A stretch of DNA of 64,000 nt from a virus (IMGVR_UViG_2898597404_000001:10614-74613); one strand, 5' to 3'. Shown: positions 36,825 to 47,941, numbered from the stretch's first letter. The notes: generated by a model from the letters alone, not told the origin. Numbers and translations are program-made.

Positions 36825-37141
36825 ACTACCTGGACGACCTGGAATCGGACTTCTCGGCGGTCCACCGGTGCGACGACATGTACGCGCTCCCCGCCGACCG
36901 GTTCTTCGCCTTCGCTGACCGACTGATCGCCTACAGAGGAGTGATCCGGATGCGCGCGGAAGAGGAGTCGCAGCGGCGGCAGCCCTCCGCGTCCACCGCC
37001 CGCAGCTCCGCCGCGCGCAGCTCCACCGCGCGCTCCGGCGGCGTCACCTACTACAGCGACATCGCGCAGAACCCCGACCTCGCCCAGTACTTCGGCCCCC
37101 GGCGCGACCAGCCCGCGCAGCCCCCCAAGGAAGGGGGCTGA
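36438..37141 (+). CDS. tail assembly chaperone, -1 frameshift product (gpGT-like)
   Basis: -1 frame after GGGAAAG is open to 37141 (WVLNYLDDLESDFSAVHR...). Confidence 0.75.
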
Positions 37142-37142
37142 C

Positions 37143-40100
37143 ATGGCCTTCCGCATCGCTGAGGGCTTCGTAGAGGTCACCTCACGGTTCCGCGAGGGTG
37201 CAATCCGCAGAGGGGCCCAGCAGACCGGCAGAAGGGCAGGACAAGCCTTCTCCCGTACGTTCGGCCGCGAAGCCGACAACGGGTTCGGCCGCACCCGCCG
37301 CGCCATGGAAGGCGCCTTCCGGTCCGCCGACCGGGTCGGCCGCCGCGCAGGGTCCTCCTTCGGCTCCGGCTTCACCCGGGACGCCCAGACCTGGTTCCGC
37401 GCCACCGGCCGCCTCCTCCGCTCCCACGCGCAGCGCAGCGGCGGCGACTCCGGCCGCGCGTTCGGCCGCGCCTTCTCCCGGTCCGCCGAAGCGGGCCTCG
37501 CCCGCACCCGCCGCGTCCTGTCCCGCATCTTCCGCCGAGCCGGGCGCGAATCCGGGGAAGGGGCCGGACGGGAGTTCGGCGAGGGCTTCTTCCGCGACTC
37601 CCAGGGCCGCCTACGCGACTCCCGCGGCCGCTTCACCCGCATGTTCCACGGCTCCGGCCGCGAGTCCGGCGGCGGCTTCGTGTCCGGGTTCCTCGGCATG
37701 TTCCGGTCCCAGTCGACCGGGATCCTGTCGACCTTCGGCGGCCTGTTCACCAAGGTCGGGGCCAAGGGCTGGCTCATCGTCGCCGGGGTCATCGCCGCGC
37801 TCGCCGCCCTCCCCGCGATCGGCGCGGCGGCCGGGACCACCCTCGCCTTCGCGTTCGGCGCGGGCATCGCCGGGATCGGCATCGCCGCCGCCGCCCAGTC
37901 CGAACGGGTGCAGTCGGCGTTCACGCGCCTCAAGGACCGCGTCGGCTCCAAGCTCAAGGAGATCGCGAAGCCGTTCGAGGGCACCCTCGTCGCGATCGCC
38001 GGTCAGCTCTCCGGCCTCTTCGACTCCCTGGCCCCCCACCTCGGCAAGGCGTTCAAGCTCCTGGCCCCCGTGGTCGAGCTGTTCGCCGGGCGGTTCCTCT
38101 CCTCGCTGAAGGTCTTCGGGCCGGTCGTCGACACCGCCTCGCAGGCCTTCGCCGCCCTCCTCGACCCGCTCGGCCGCGACATCGGCCCCGCCATGGACGG
38201 GCTCGCCGACGCCTTCAACGGCCTGTTCACCACCGTCCGGGACACCCCCGAACTCCAGGGGTTCTTCTCCGGGATGATCACGGGCCTCATCGGCACCGTC
38301 GCGAACCTGGTCCGGTTCGTGACGTGGCTGGCCAAGGCGTACGTGTGGTTCGGCGACCTCAAGGACGCGGCCCTCTCCAGCCCGATCGCCGAGCGACTCC
38401 GCGGCATCGGGTCCGCGATCGGCGGCGTCGCCGACACCGCGCGCCGGAGCGGCCCCCGGCTCCGGTCCATGTTCGCCGGGGTCACACCCGGATTCGACGG
38501 CATCGGCGCCAAGCTCCGCAGCCTCGGCGCGGCCATCACCGACCGGGTCTCCGACATCACCGGCAAGGTCCGCCGCCTCGTCGGCGCGATCGGCTCCACC
38601 TTCCGCGACTTCCGCGACAAGCACGCGAAGGAGTTCGAGCAGGCCGGCCAGAAGCTCCAGGAGGTCGGCCGCAAGATCGGTGAGGCCCTCGGGTCCGCCG
38701 TCGACCTGGTGACCGCCCTGGTCAACCGGATCGGCTCCGTCCTCGGCTTCGCCCTCGACCTGATCACCGGCGTCTGGGGCCGGTTCGGCGACGACATCAT
38801 CAACACCGTCCAGACCGCGTTCAACACGGTCCTCGGGGTCCTCTCCGGCGCCCTCACCACGATCAAGGGCGTCATCGACGTCTTCGTCGGGATCCTCACC
38901 GGCGACTGGGGTCGCGCGTGGGACGGCGTCAAGGGGATCTTCTCCGGACTGTGGCAGGCGGTCCTCGCGATCCTCAAGGGTTCGCTCGGCCTCGCCGTCC
39001 AGGCCGTGAAGTCCGCGGTGTCGCTGATCATCTGGCCGTTCCAGTGGCTCTACGACAAGATCGTCGGGCACTCGATCATCCCGGACCTGGTGCTCGGCGT
39101 CCTCTCCTGGTTCCAGAAGCTCGCCGCCTGGGTGCTCGCCCCCGTCGCCGCGCTCCGCGACCGCACGGTCAACGCCTTCCAGCAGGCGAAGGCGTGGGTC
39201 CTCAACCACGTCAAGGCGCTCCGGGACGGCGCGGTCTCCCGGTTCACCAGCCTCCGCGACCGCGCCACCGCCCTCGCCACGAACGCACGCGACTGGGTGA
39301 CCTCGCGGATCAGCAGCCTCCGCGACCTTGTGACGTCCCGGATCACCTCCCTCCGGGACCGGGCGGTGTCCCGGTTCACCTCCCTCCGGGACACCGCCAC
39401 CTCCCGCATCTCGAACCTCCGGGACTGGGTGGTGTCCCGCGCGAGCTCGCTCCGCGACAAGGTCGTCTCGGCCTTCAACTCGCTGAAGGACCGGACGATC
39501 TCGGCGTTCGACCGCGCCGCCTCCGGTGTCCGGACCGTGTTCTCGAAGCTCCGCTCGGCAGCGTCCAGCCCGGTCCGGTTCGTGATCGACGTGGTGTACA
39601 ACCAGGGCATCCGGGGCGTCTGGAACAAGATCGCGGACAAGGTGCCGGGCATCGGCTCCATCGGCCCCATGCGCGTCCCCAAGGGCTTCGCCAAGGGCGG
39701 CATCACCGACGTCCGGGACGGCGCCGCCCTCCCCGGCTACTCCCCGCGCGACGACCAGCTCGTCTACGCCCGCTCCGGGGAAGGCGTCATCGTCCCCGAA
39801 GCCGTCCGCGCTCTCGGCGCCGGGTTCATCCACACCGCGAACCGCCTCGGCAGCCGCGCCAGCGAACTCCTCGGCCTCCCCGCCTTCCGCAAGGGCGGCA
39901 CGGTCCCCGGCTACCGCGACGGCGGTGTGATCGGCGCGGTCAGCGGCTTCCTCGGCAAGGCCAAGGGCGCCTTCGCCGGAGGGTTCGTCAAGGCCCTCAC
40001 CGCCGCCCTGAACCCCATGGTGCGCTCCATCACCAGCCGCTTCGGGAACCGCAACGACTTCCCCGGCATCCCCGGCAAGATGATGGCCCACCTCACCGGC

Positions 40101-40901
40101 AAGATCATCGGGTTCATGCGGCGGTTCGCCTCCCAGCTCGAAGGCGGCGACGGCAAGAAGGTCGTCGACATCGCGGAGAAGTACGTCGGCCTGTCCGGGA
40201 ACCCCAACAAGTTCACCCGCCGCATGGGCATGAACGGCCTCCCCTGGTGCGGGATGTTCGTGGACGGAGTGTTCGACGAGGCCGGCGCATCCAAGGCCCT
40301 CCGGGGCGTGGGCGGCCCCGCCGCCGTCTGGTCCTACCGCGCCCTGCCCTCGGTCTCCCAGAGCCAGAAGAAGGCCGGAGACCTCGGCCTCTACCGAGGC
40401 GACGCCGGGCACATCAACATCTACACCGGCAAGGGCTCCATCACCATCGGCGGCAACGAGTCCAACAGCGTCCGCAAGCAGTCCGGCTACATCGGCACCG
40501 CCTCCTCCATCCGGCGCCCGCACTTCGCCGAAGGCGGCATCGTCGACTTCCTCTGGCAGGACGACCGCGAAAGCGATCTCTTCCACACCCCGGACCGCAC
40601 CCGCCACCTCCGCGCCATGGCCACCACCCCGCCATGGACCGGCACCCACGACATCGGCGGCCTCCTCCCGGACGGCGGCATCGCCGTCAACCAGTCCGGC
40701 ACCGCCGAGGTCGTCCACACCCTCGACCAGCTCCGGGCCATCGTCGAGGCCGCCAAGGGCCAGCACATCACCTACGTGTTCGAGGCCGGGTCGATCGTCC
40801 TCGACGCCTCGACCATCAAGGACATCCGGGACCTCATCCGCATGATCGAGAACCTGCGGGCCACCGCCCGCCAGCACGGCGCGAAGGTGATCACACGATG
40901 A
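37143..40901 (+). CDS. tape measure protein with C-terminal CHAP/NlpC-like peptidase domain
   Basis: 1252 aa, Ala/Gly helical repeats, GDW..AW.GVK.IF; PWCGMFV...GHINIY...TIGGN. Confidence 0.9.
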   Translation: MAFRIAEGFVEVTSRFREGAIRRGAQQTGRRAGQAFSRTFGREADNGFGRTRRAMEGAFRSADRVGRRAGSSFGSGFTRDAQTWFRATGRLLRSHAQRSGGDSGRAFGRAFSRSAEAGLARTRRVLSRIFRRAGRESGEGAGREFGEGFFRDSQGRLRDSRGRFTRMFHGSGRESGGGFVSGFLGMFRSQSTGILSTFGGLFTKVGAKGWLIVAGVIAALAALPAIGAAAGTTLAFAFGAGIAGIGIAAAAQSERVQSAFTRLKDRVGSKLKEIAKPFEGTLVAIAGQLSGLFDSLAPHLGKAFKLLAPVVELFAGRFLSSLKVFGPVVDTASQAFAALLDPLGRDIGPAMDGLADAFNGLFTTVRDTPELQGFFSGMITGLIGTVANLVRFVTWLAKAYVWFGDLKDAALSSPIAERLRGIGSAIGGVADTARRSGPRLRSMFAGVTPGFDGIGAKLRSLGAAITDRVSDITGKVRRLVGAIGSTFRDFRDKHAKEFEQAGQKLQEVGRKIGEALGSAVDLVTALVNRIGSVLGFALDLITGVWGRFGDDIINTVQTAFNTVLGVLSGALTTIKGVIDVFVGILTGDWGRAWDGVKGIFSGLWQAVLAILKGSLGLAVQAVKSAVSLIIWPFQWLYDKIVGHSIIPDLVLGVLSWFQKLAAWVLAPVAALRDRTVNAFQQAKAWVLNHVKALRDGAVSRFTSLRDRATALATNARDWVTSRISSLRDLVTSRITSLRDRAVSRFTSLRDTATSRISNLRDWVVSRASSLRDKVVSAFNSLKDRTISAFDRAASGVRTVFSKLRSAASSPVRFVIDVVYNQGIRGVWNKIADKVPGIGSIGPMRVPKGFAKGGITDVRDGAALPGYSPRDDQLVYARSGEGVIVPEAVRALGAGFIHTANRLGSRASELLGLPAFRKGGTVPGYRDGGVIGAVSGFLGKAKGAFAGGFVKALTAALNPMVRSITSRFGNRNDFPGIPGKMMAHLTGKIIGFMRRFASQLEGGDGKKVVDIAEKYVGLSGNPNKFTRRMGMNGLPWCGMFVDGVFDEAGASKALRGVGGPAAVWSYRALPSVSQSQKKAGDLGLYRGDAGHINIYTGKGSITIGGNESNSVRKQSGYIGTASSIRRPHFAEGGIVDFLWQDDRESDLFHTPDRTRHLRAMATTPPWTGTHDIGGLLPDGGIAVNQSGTAEVVHTLDQLRAIVEAAKGQHITYVFEAGSIVLDASTIKDIRDLIRMIENLRATARQHGAKVITR

Positions 40902-41350
40902 CCACCCCCGACACCCCGCCCGCCACCGAGGACGCCGCCCAGGACGCCACCGAGCGGCTCCAGGCGGCCGCGGACGCACTCCCCGACACCGCCACCGACG
41001 AGGACCTCCGCCAGACGCTCGCCGCCGAGAAGGCCCGCATCGCCGCCGACGCCTGGAGCACCCACCCCGGCCGCAACGAGTACGGTCACCTCTCCATCAC
41101 CCTCCCCGGCGGACGCGACATCACCATCGGCCACGTCGAAGCCGTCCAGCCCAGCGACGGCATCGCCTACATCGACGTCTGGACCGGCCCCCCGGCGGGC
41201 CCCCCGCAGTACCGCATCGTGAACCCGCCCCTGCTCGTCCCCGACCCCCACGGCGACATCACGATCACCGAAGCCAGAGGCCGGACCCGCCGCTACCGGT
41301 CGGACCCCATGGCCGCCATCGCCGACGCCATCACCGGGGGCGCCCGATGA
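40898..41350 (+). CDS. hypothetical tail-region protein
   Basis: coupled ORF, RIVNPP.LVPDP.GDI. Confidence 0.65.
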   Translation: MTTPDTPPATEDAAQDATERLQAAADALPDTATDEDLRQTLAAEKARIAADAWSTHPGRNEYGHLSITLPGGRDITIGHVEAVQPSDGIAYIDVWTGPPAGPPQYRIVNPPLLVPDPHGDITITEARGRTRRYRSDPMAAIADAITGGAR

Positions 41351-44046
41351 CCACCGTCATCCTCATCGCGGACGCCACGGACGGCACGATCAGCTCCCGC
41401 GACAACCACTACGTGGACCTCGTCGCCGGGTCCGGCCTCCAAGCCGTCACCGACCAGCCCACCGGCCAGATCGGCCAGGACCTGATCCAGCCGTACTTCT
41501 ACGCCTACCAGACCGGCCTCGCCTTCACCCCCGCCGCCAGCACCGACACCACCGTCACCGCCGCTTACCTCCGCCTCTACCAGGCGGCGGTCGGCGGGAC
41601 CGGCGTCGCCCGCAGCATCGAGATCGCCGAATACGACTGGGGCGGCGTCCTCGACACCGGCAACTGGAGGACCCCCGCACAACTGAAAAGCCTCGTCAAC
41701 GGCGACGCCCTCGCCGCCGTCATCGACTCCGCCCACCTCGCCGGCATCGGGCAGCTCCGCGCCGGCCTCGAACCCGGCCACCTCCCCGACGCCACCTCGG
41801 CCACCACGCGCCGCTACATCCTCTACACCAGCCGGTTCCGCACCCAGCAGGTCCCGTCAGGCCCCGAGCTGCACACCGTCCGCCTGACCGAGTTCTCCGG
41901 CACCAGCCAGGACCCCGCCCTCCTCCTGGCCCACACCACCAAGCACATCACCGACACCAACCACGGCGGCCACGTCCAGCTCTCCGACGGAACCCACGCC
42001 TACCTCCGCCAAGGCGCCACCGCCCCCGCCACCGCCAGCATCGCCGTCGTCCACCACAACGGCACCACCGCCACCACCGTGTTCAGCGACCCGCTCTCAG
42101 CGGGCCGCCAAGGCGCCCAGATCTACACCCTCTGCGCTGACGGCTCGGACAACCTCTACATCCTCAACGGCAACAACGACCTCCCCAACATCCTCCGCGT
42201 CCGGGGCTTCACGAAGGGGGCAGGTCACAACTGGACCGCAGGCCCCGTCCGAGACATCCCCCTGGCCACCTACGAGGGCGAGGTCAACAACGTCGCCGCC
42301 GCCTGGCACACCTCCGGCTCCGGCGGCACGATCCTCGCCGTCGTCGCCCACAACGCGGGCCGCAACACCGGCACCCAGACCGGCTACGCCCTCATCAACC
42401 CGGTCTGGGTCCGCACCGGCTCCGGGACCGCACTCCGCGGCTCCGGCAACGCCGAAGGCGTCCTCATCGACAACCCCGCCCCGGACGGCGGCATCCACAA
42501 CTACGTCAACGAGACCGGCACGCTCCTCGATGTCGCCGCCGCCCCCTCCTCCAGCCGCGGCTACATCACCTGCACCACGAAACAGCAGGTCCTCGGCGAC
42601 CCCGGAGCCCAGTCGTTCGCCCGCTACGAACTCAACGCCTCCGGGACCGGGTTCGCCTCGGTCGCCCGCCTCCGCGACACCTCCGGCGCCTTCTCCACCA
42701 AGGACGCCGACGCCAAGTCCCGCGTCATCGGCATCGACGACTCCCGCTTCGTCACCGTCAACGCCGACGCCACGAGCGGCCGCGGCATCACCGTCGTCCA
42801 CCGGCAGAGCCTCGGCTCCGGCTCCATCACCGAACTGGCCCGGGTCACCCTCGGCACCGAGAGCCTCACCGCCATGCCCGACCCCTCCGTGCTCGCCACC
42901 AGCCCCGCCTGGGACGCCGTCTACAACCCCGTCGACAACCGGGTCTGGATCTACTACATCGACGCCGCGAACCCGAACCGCCTCATGCGGACCCCGGTCT
43001 CCCTCACCACCGGGCAGGCCGGCCGCAGCGAGGTCCAGGTGAACGCCGCCGTCGGCGCGGCAGGGTCCACCAACCGCGCCGTCCGCGTCCACCGGGGCAG
43101 GACCGCCGGAAGCCAGGTCGTCATCGGCGTCTCCAACCGGACGTCCGGCGGCGCCCACTCCCTCATCGCCGTCACGGACCGCCTGAACGCCCTGCCCACC
43201 CAGCCCATCCCGACCCCGAGGGCGAACTTCGATGCCACCGCCCCCACCCCGTTCGAATGGATGTTCACCGACCCGGACCCCGCCGACGCGCAGTCCGCCT
43301 TCCAGGTCGAGATCTACGACACCGCCACCGGGGCCCTCGCCCACGACTCCACGAAGACCACCAGCGCCACGCAGTCCTACACGCTGCCCGCCTCCACCCT
43401 CGCGAACGGCGGCACGTACCGGTGGCGGGTCCGCACCTGGGACGGCCAGGACGAGGAATCGCCCTGGACCGGCTACGGCACGTTCGCCACGTCCGCCTCC
43501 GGGTCGGTCACCATCACCGCGCCGGCCACCGACAACGACCCGGCCGTCATCACCTCCGACGTCCTCGTCACCTGGACGGTCACCGGCACCACCCAGGCCG
43601 CCTACCAGGTCGTCGTGCGCCGCACCGACACCCTCGCGGTCCTCCTCGACACCGGCTGGGTCGACTCCACCGCCACCAGCCACCTCGTGACCGGCATGGC
43701 CGCCGGGACCGAGTACCTGGTGCGGGTCACCGTCCGGAACGCTGCCCAGGTCGCCTCCAACACCGCCGAGCGCCTGATCACCCCGAACTACGCCTCCCCC
43801 GAGGTCCCCACGGTCGCCGTCGAGGCCTTCGACGACGGCGGCTACATCCTCGTCACCGTCACGAACCCCGCCCCGCAGGGCGACCGCCCCAACCCCTCCA
43901 GCAACCAGATCTTCCGCCGCCGCGCAGGCTCCGGCACCGAGTGGCTGCTGATCGCCGAGGTCGAGCCCGGCGCCACCTTCCGCGACTACACCGCCCCCTC
44001 CGGGACCGAGGTCGAGTACATGGCACGCGCCGGAGTCCTCGCATGA
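41347..44046 (+). CDS. minor tail protein with Ig/FN3-like domains
   Basis: Thr/Gly-rich beta composition, YRWRVRTWD, FN3-like repeats. Confidence 0.75.
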   Translation: MTTVILIADATDGTISSRDNHYVDLVAGSGLQAVTDQPTGQIGQDLIQPYFYAYQTGLAFTPAASTDTTVTAAYLRLYQAAVGGTGVARSIEIAEYDWGGVLDTGNWRTPAQLKSLVNGDALAAVIDSAHLAGIGQLRAGLEPGHLPDATSATTRRYILYTSRFRTQQVPSGPELHTVRLTEFSGTSQDPALLLAHTTKHITDTNHGGHVQLSDGTHAYLRQGATAPATASIAVVHHNGTTATTVFSDPLSAGRQGAQIYTLCADGSDNLYILNGNNDLPNILRVRGFTKGAGHNWTAGPVRDIPLATYEGEVNNVAAAWHTSGSGGTILAVVAHNAGRNTGTQTGYALINPVWVRTGSGTALRGSGNAEGVLIDNPAPDGGIHNYVNETGTLLDVAAAPSSSRGYITCTTKQQVLGDPGAQSFARYELNASGTGFASVARLRDTSGAFSTKDADAKSRVIGIDDSRFVTVNADATSGRGITVVHRQSLGSGSITELARVTLGTESLTAMPDPSVLATSPAWDAVYNPVDNRVWIYYIDAANPNRLMRTPVSLTTGQAGRSEVQVNAAVGAAGSTNRAVRVHRGRTAGSQVVIGVSNRTSGGAHSLIAVTDRLNALPTQPIPTPRANFDATAPTPFEWMFTDPDPADAQSAFQVEIYDTATGALAHDSTKTTSATQSYTLPASTLANGGTYRWRVRTWDGQDEESPWTGYGTFATSASGSVTITAPATDNDPAVITSDVLVTWTVTGTTQAAYQVVVRRTDTLAVLLDTGWVDSTATSHLVTGMAAGTEYLVRVTVRNAAQVASNTAERLITPNYASPEVPTVAVEAFDDGGYILVTVTNPAPQGDRPNPSSNQIFRRRAGSGTEWLLIAEVEPGATFRDYTAPSGTEVEYMARAGVLA

Positions 44047-44495
44047 CCACCACCTACAGCACGTACGCGTTCTTCAGCGACTCCAGCCCCGCCGCGGCGA
44101 CCCTCGCCCTGGAAGGCGTCTGGATCCACGACCCCACCGACGCCGCCGGCAGCGTCGCCCAGTTCCGCTTCGGCAAGGACGCCCGCAGCACGAAGATCGA
44201 CACAGGGGGGACGGCCATGGTGTTCGCGGGCCGCCGCTACCCGGTCATCGACTACGGCGAGCACCAGGACGACCAGTACGCGGTCAGCGTCCAGGTCCCG
44301 CACGGCCCCGACTACCGGACCGGCCTGGAGACCCTCCGCGCCTTCGCCGAGTCCCGGACCACCCTCGTCTACCGCGACAACCGGGGCCGAGACGCCTACG
44401 GTGTGATCACCGAGTACGCCGAAGGGGACCAGTCCTGGGGGAGCGAGGTCACCTTCTCGTTCACCCGCGTCGACGTCGAGCAGGTGACCGCCTGA
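44043..44495 (+). CDS. minor tail protein (distal-tail-like)
   Basis: FAGRRYPV, LVYRDNRGR; synteny. Confidence 0.6.
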   Translation: MTTTYSTYAFFSDSSPAAATLALEGVWIHDPTDAAGSVAQFRFGKDARSTKIDTGGTAMVFAGRRYPVIDYGEHQDDQYAVSVQVPHGPDYRTGLETLRAFAESRTTLVYRDNRGRDAYGVITEYAEGDQSWGSEVTFSFTRVDVEQVTA

Positions 44496-46966
44496 TGCAG
44501 TCCCTCGACATCCCCAAGGGCCCCGCGAACACCGGCGGCTACACCGCCGAGCAGGTGCTCCGCGCCCTCCGGGGCGTCGACGGCTCCCGCCTCCTCACCT
44601 TCCGCTACGAACTCCTCGACTCCACCAACACCAAGATCGGCGACCTGGACAACGTCCTGGACTGCACGATCTCCCAGAACTGGCTCGCCGACATCAAGCG
44701 GACCGCGAAGTTCACCCTCCGCGCGGACGGCCAGATCGACTTCCTCTCCCAGCGGATCAAACCCTGGGTCCGGCTCGCCATGCCCCCGACCGAGGTACCC
44801 CTGCCGTTCACGATCCGGCCCGCCTGGACGAACCGGTTCAACGGCACCCCCGGCGCCGAGATCACCACCGCGAACTCCGGCGGCAGCGGCGACAACCTCG
44901 CCAGCGTCACCGGCACCGTCACCTACGACAGCGCCTGGTCCACGGACGGCCAGCAGTCCGCGCTCCTCGGCGGCACCGACACGAACGGCGACCCGGTCGA
45001 GGGCGCCTTCACCCTCACCGTCGCACCCGCCCGGTCCGAGTGGGCGCTCCGCACCTACCTGAACGTCCCGTCCGGGGCGCGGCTGACGATCGCCCCGGAC
45101 GGCCTCACCCCCGACCCCGCGACCCACATCGTGATCGACGACGTGGGCGGCGAGTACCGGCTCGGCGCAGTGGACATCGCCGCCCACCAGACCCACGTGA
45201 TCGGCCAGCCGGTCCGCCTGGAGATCGAGAACGACGGCACCACCGCCGCCTACCGGCTGTACTGGGCCAACCCCTACGGCGACACCCCGGACTTCACCGG
45301 GTCGGAGCCCAGCACGGGGCGGGAACCGGTGGAGACCGTCACGGTCACCGGCACCGGCACCGGCTCCACCCCGCCCGAGACCGGCCACGTGGCCAGGCTA
45401 GGCGCCAGCACCGTGGAAACCTCCTCCACCACGGGGAGCATCACGGTCGGCTCCGCCGTCCCGGCCGGGGAGACCGTGATCGGCGCGGTCGCCTGGACCA
45501 ACGACGTCACCAGCCCGCCCACCGTCACCGCCGCCACCGACAGCCGCGGCAACTCCTACACGGTCGACGTGGCGGCCGGCACCGGGAACACCACCGTCTC
45601 CGAGGCCATCCTCCGGGGCACCATCGTCACCCCGTTGCAGGCGGGCGACACCATCACCGTCACGATCTCGGCGGCCCGGATCCGCTGGTGCCTCACCTTC
45701 GACCACTTCAGCCACCAGCTCGACGCCGCCGACCCCCTCGACCAGACCGCCGCCAACCACAACCCCGGCTCGGCCACCGCCCTGACCACCGGCACCACCC
45801 CCGCCACGAGCCAGCCCGACGAGCTGCTCTACGCCGCCTTCGGCTTCGGCGTCGGCAGGACCATCGGCATCCCCGCAGGGTGGACCGGCGGGCCCGTCGT
45901 CGAGACCGCGCAGGCCTCCGCGAACCGCGCCCTCCAGGCCATCCACCGCACCGTCTCGGCGACCGGCGCGCAGCAGGGCACCCTGACCATCGACCCCGCC
46001 GGGGTCTACTCGGCCTGCATCGCCACCTACGCCATCGCCGCCCCGCCCGCCGTCCCCGTCCAGCCGCCCGCCGTCGACAGCCTGACCATCGGCGACCGGG
46101 GCCCCAAGACCGAGGTGATCACCGGGGGTTACGTGGAGTGGCCGCAGGGCGTGTTCCTGCTCTCCACCCCCAGCCGCTCGGTAGACGCCTCCGACGTCGT
46201 CACTCGCGCCGTCGACGGCTACGACCAGTTGCAGATCTTCATCGACGACGTCGTCCCGGACCGCTACACCGCCGCCGCCGGGGCCGCCTACACCACGGTG
46301 GTGTCGAGCCTGCTCGGCTCGGTCGCCAAACAGGTCACGCCGTCGTCGGCGGTGCTCCCGGTCGCCAAGGAATGGGAGCCCGGCACCACCAAGCTCGCGA
46401 TCATCAACGAGCTGCTGTCCGCGATCAACTACGACTCCCTGTCGTTCGACGAGGACGGGGTCGCCCTCGTGCGGCCGTACGTGTCCCCCCAGGACCGGCC
46501 CGCCGAGTACACCTACGCCGACGACGCGGTCTCGGTCATGAACCCGGAGGTGGAGCAGGAGCTCGACCTGTTCTCGGTGCCGAACCGGTGGGTCCTCGTG
46601 GTCTCCGACCCGGACAGGGCCGCCCTGTCCGCCGTCTACACGAACTCGGACCCGGCGTCGCCGACGTCCACGGTCCGGCGGCAGCGGGTCATCACCGACT
46701 TCCGCCAGGAGGAGGACGCCGCCGACCAGGCGACCCTGGCCGCCCGCGCGGCGCGGCTCGCGTTCGAGGCGTCCCAGGTGTTCGAGACGATCAGCTTCAC
46801 CACGGCGCTCATGCCGGTCCACTCCGGCAACGACGTCTACAAGATCCTGTACGGGCCGCTGGCCGTGAACGCCAAGTACGCCGAGCACACGTGGGAGATG
46901 GAACTCAAGGCCGGCACCCAGATGCGGCACCAGGCCCGCCGCGTCGTGAGCATCTCCAACCCGTAG
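44495..46966 (+). CDS. minor tail/baseplate hub protein with large insertion
   Basis: IKRTAKFTL...WPQGVFLLSTP...INELL.AINY..VPNRWV. Confidence 0.75.
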   Translation: MQSLDIPKGPANTGGYTAEQVLRALRGVDGSRLLTFRYELLDSTNTKIGDLDNVLDCTISQNWLADIKRTAKFTLRADGQIDFLSQRIKPWVRLAMPPTEVPLPFTIRPAWTNRFNGTPGAEITTANSGGSGDNLASVTGTVTYDSAWSTDGQQSALLGGTDTNGDPVEGAFTLTVAPARSEWALRTYLNVPSGARLTIAPDGLTPDPATHIVIDDVGGEYRLGAVDIAAHQTHVIGQPVRLEIENDGTTAAYRLYWANPYGDTPDFTGSEPSTGREPVETVTVTGTGTGSTPPETGHVARLGASTVETSSTTGSITVGSAVPAGETVIGAVAWTNDVTSPPTVTAATDSRGNSYTVDVAAGTGNTTVSEAILRGTIVTPLQAGDTITVTISAARIRWCLTFDHFSHQLDAADPLDQTAANHNPGSATALTTGTTPATSQPDELLYAAFGFGVGRTIGIPAGWTGGPVVETAQASANRALQAIHRTVSATGAQQGTLTIDPAGVYSACIATYAIAAPPAVPVQPPAVDSLTIGDRGPKTEVITGGYVEWPQGVFLLSTPSRSVDASDVVTRAVDGYDQLQIFIDDVVPDRYTAAAGAAYTTVVSSLLGSVAKQVTPSSAVLPVAKEWEPGTTKLAIINELLSAINYDSLSFDEDGVALVRPYVSPQDRPAEYTYADDAVSVMNPEVEQELDLFSVPNRWVLVVSDPDRAALSAVYTNSDPASPTSTVRRQRVITDFRQEEDAADQATLAARAARLAFEASQVFETISFTTALMPVHSGNDVYKILYGPLAVNAKYAEHTWEMELKAGTQMRHQARRVVSISNP

Positions 46967-46979
46967 AAGGGGCCCCCGG

Positions 46980-47615
46980 ATGGACGCGCTCTCGTTCCTC
47001 GCGGACGTCACCGGCTACGCGCAGGCGCAGGCGGAACCGTCCTCGGCGAACCGGCCGGTCAAGCTCGCCACCGTCGACCCCGCCTACGACCCGGCCAGCT
47101 ACGCCACCGGCACCCTCCCCCGCGTGACGTTCGACGGCGAGGCCACCATGTCCGGGAAGCTGTACCCGGTCATGGCGCCCTACCAGCCGCGCCCGGCGGA
47201 CCGGGTCGTCCTGGTCCCGGTCGGCAACACCTACCTGATCATCGGCGCGATCAGGACGGGCTCCAGCATGGGTCTGGTCCAGGACTGGACCGCCCCCACC
47301 CTCGCAGCCGGATACACCCACAACGCCAACGAGAACGGCACCCTGCAATTCCGGGTGCTCGACTCCTACGGGACCAGGATGGTCGAGTGGCGCGGCGCGG
47401 TGAACCGGGGCTCCGGGAGCGTGATCACCACCGTCCCCGCCATAGCGCGCCCCAGTGTCCGCCGCACGGTCCTCGCCCCGAGGAACGCGGCCATCACCAA
47501 CGACGTGAAGATCGACTTCAACACGGACGGCACCGCGGCCGTGTTCGGCGAGACCACCGACAGCGCGCCTCTCCCCACCTGGATCGCGCTCAACGGGGTC
47601 AGCTACTTCCTGTAG
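46980..47615 (+). CDS. minor tail / tail tip protein
   Basis: N-terminal OB-like (P...DRVVL.PVG.TYLI.G), C-terminal WIALNGVSY. Confidence 0.7.
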   Translation: MDALSFLADVTGYAQAQAEPSSANRPVKLATVDPAYDPASYATGTLPRVTFDGEATMSGKLYPVMAPYQPRPADRVVLVPVGNTYLIIGAIRTGSSMGLVQDWTAPTLAAGYTHNANENGTLQFRVLDSYGTRMVEWRGAVNRGSGSVITTVPAIARPSVRRTVLAPRNAAITNDVKIDFNTDGTAAVFGETTDSAPLPTWIALNGVSYFL

Positions 47616-47707
47616 CGGCGGCTTCGGGCAACACGCCGCAGCCTCACCGGCACCCGCCCGGGAGATCAGGCACACTGGCCACGGGTTTCCCGACGTCAGG
47701 GGGCGCA

Positions 47708-47941
47708 ATGGGCAAGACCAAGGCGGAACTCGAAGCCGAGGTAGAGGACCTGACCGGACAGCTCGGCCGGGCACGCGACGAGGCCGACAAGGCGCGCAAG
47801 GCCGCCGAGGAGGCGGACACGGACGCCGCCTACCGCCGGGGCAGGGCGGACGCCGCGAACGAGGCGGCCGAAGAGGTCGCCCGGCTGACCGGCCGCACCG
47901 GGGGCGTCCTGACCCGCGCGATCAAGGCCAAAGGCGAGTAA
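47708..47941 (+). CDS. small coiled-coil protein
   Basis: TKAELEAEVEDL. Confidence 0.55.
   Translation: MGKTKAELEAEVEDLTGQLGRARDEADKARKAAEEADTDAAYRRGRADAANEAAEEVARLTGRTGGVLTRAIKAKGE

Noticed and set aside
39220-39520. 33-bp-period repeats in the tape measure gene
   Set aside because: Ordinary 11-aa TMP helical repeats (SR.TSLRD).
15-47011. Very long antisense ORFs (15-2378, 1928-4288, 28820-31186, 37611-40979, 45398-47011, etc.)
   Set aside because: Shadow frames of GC3-rich genes with no recognisable motifs.
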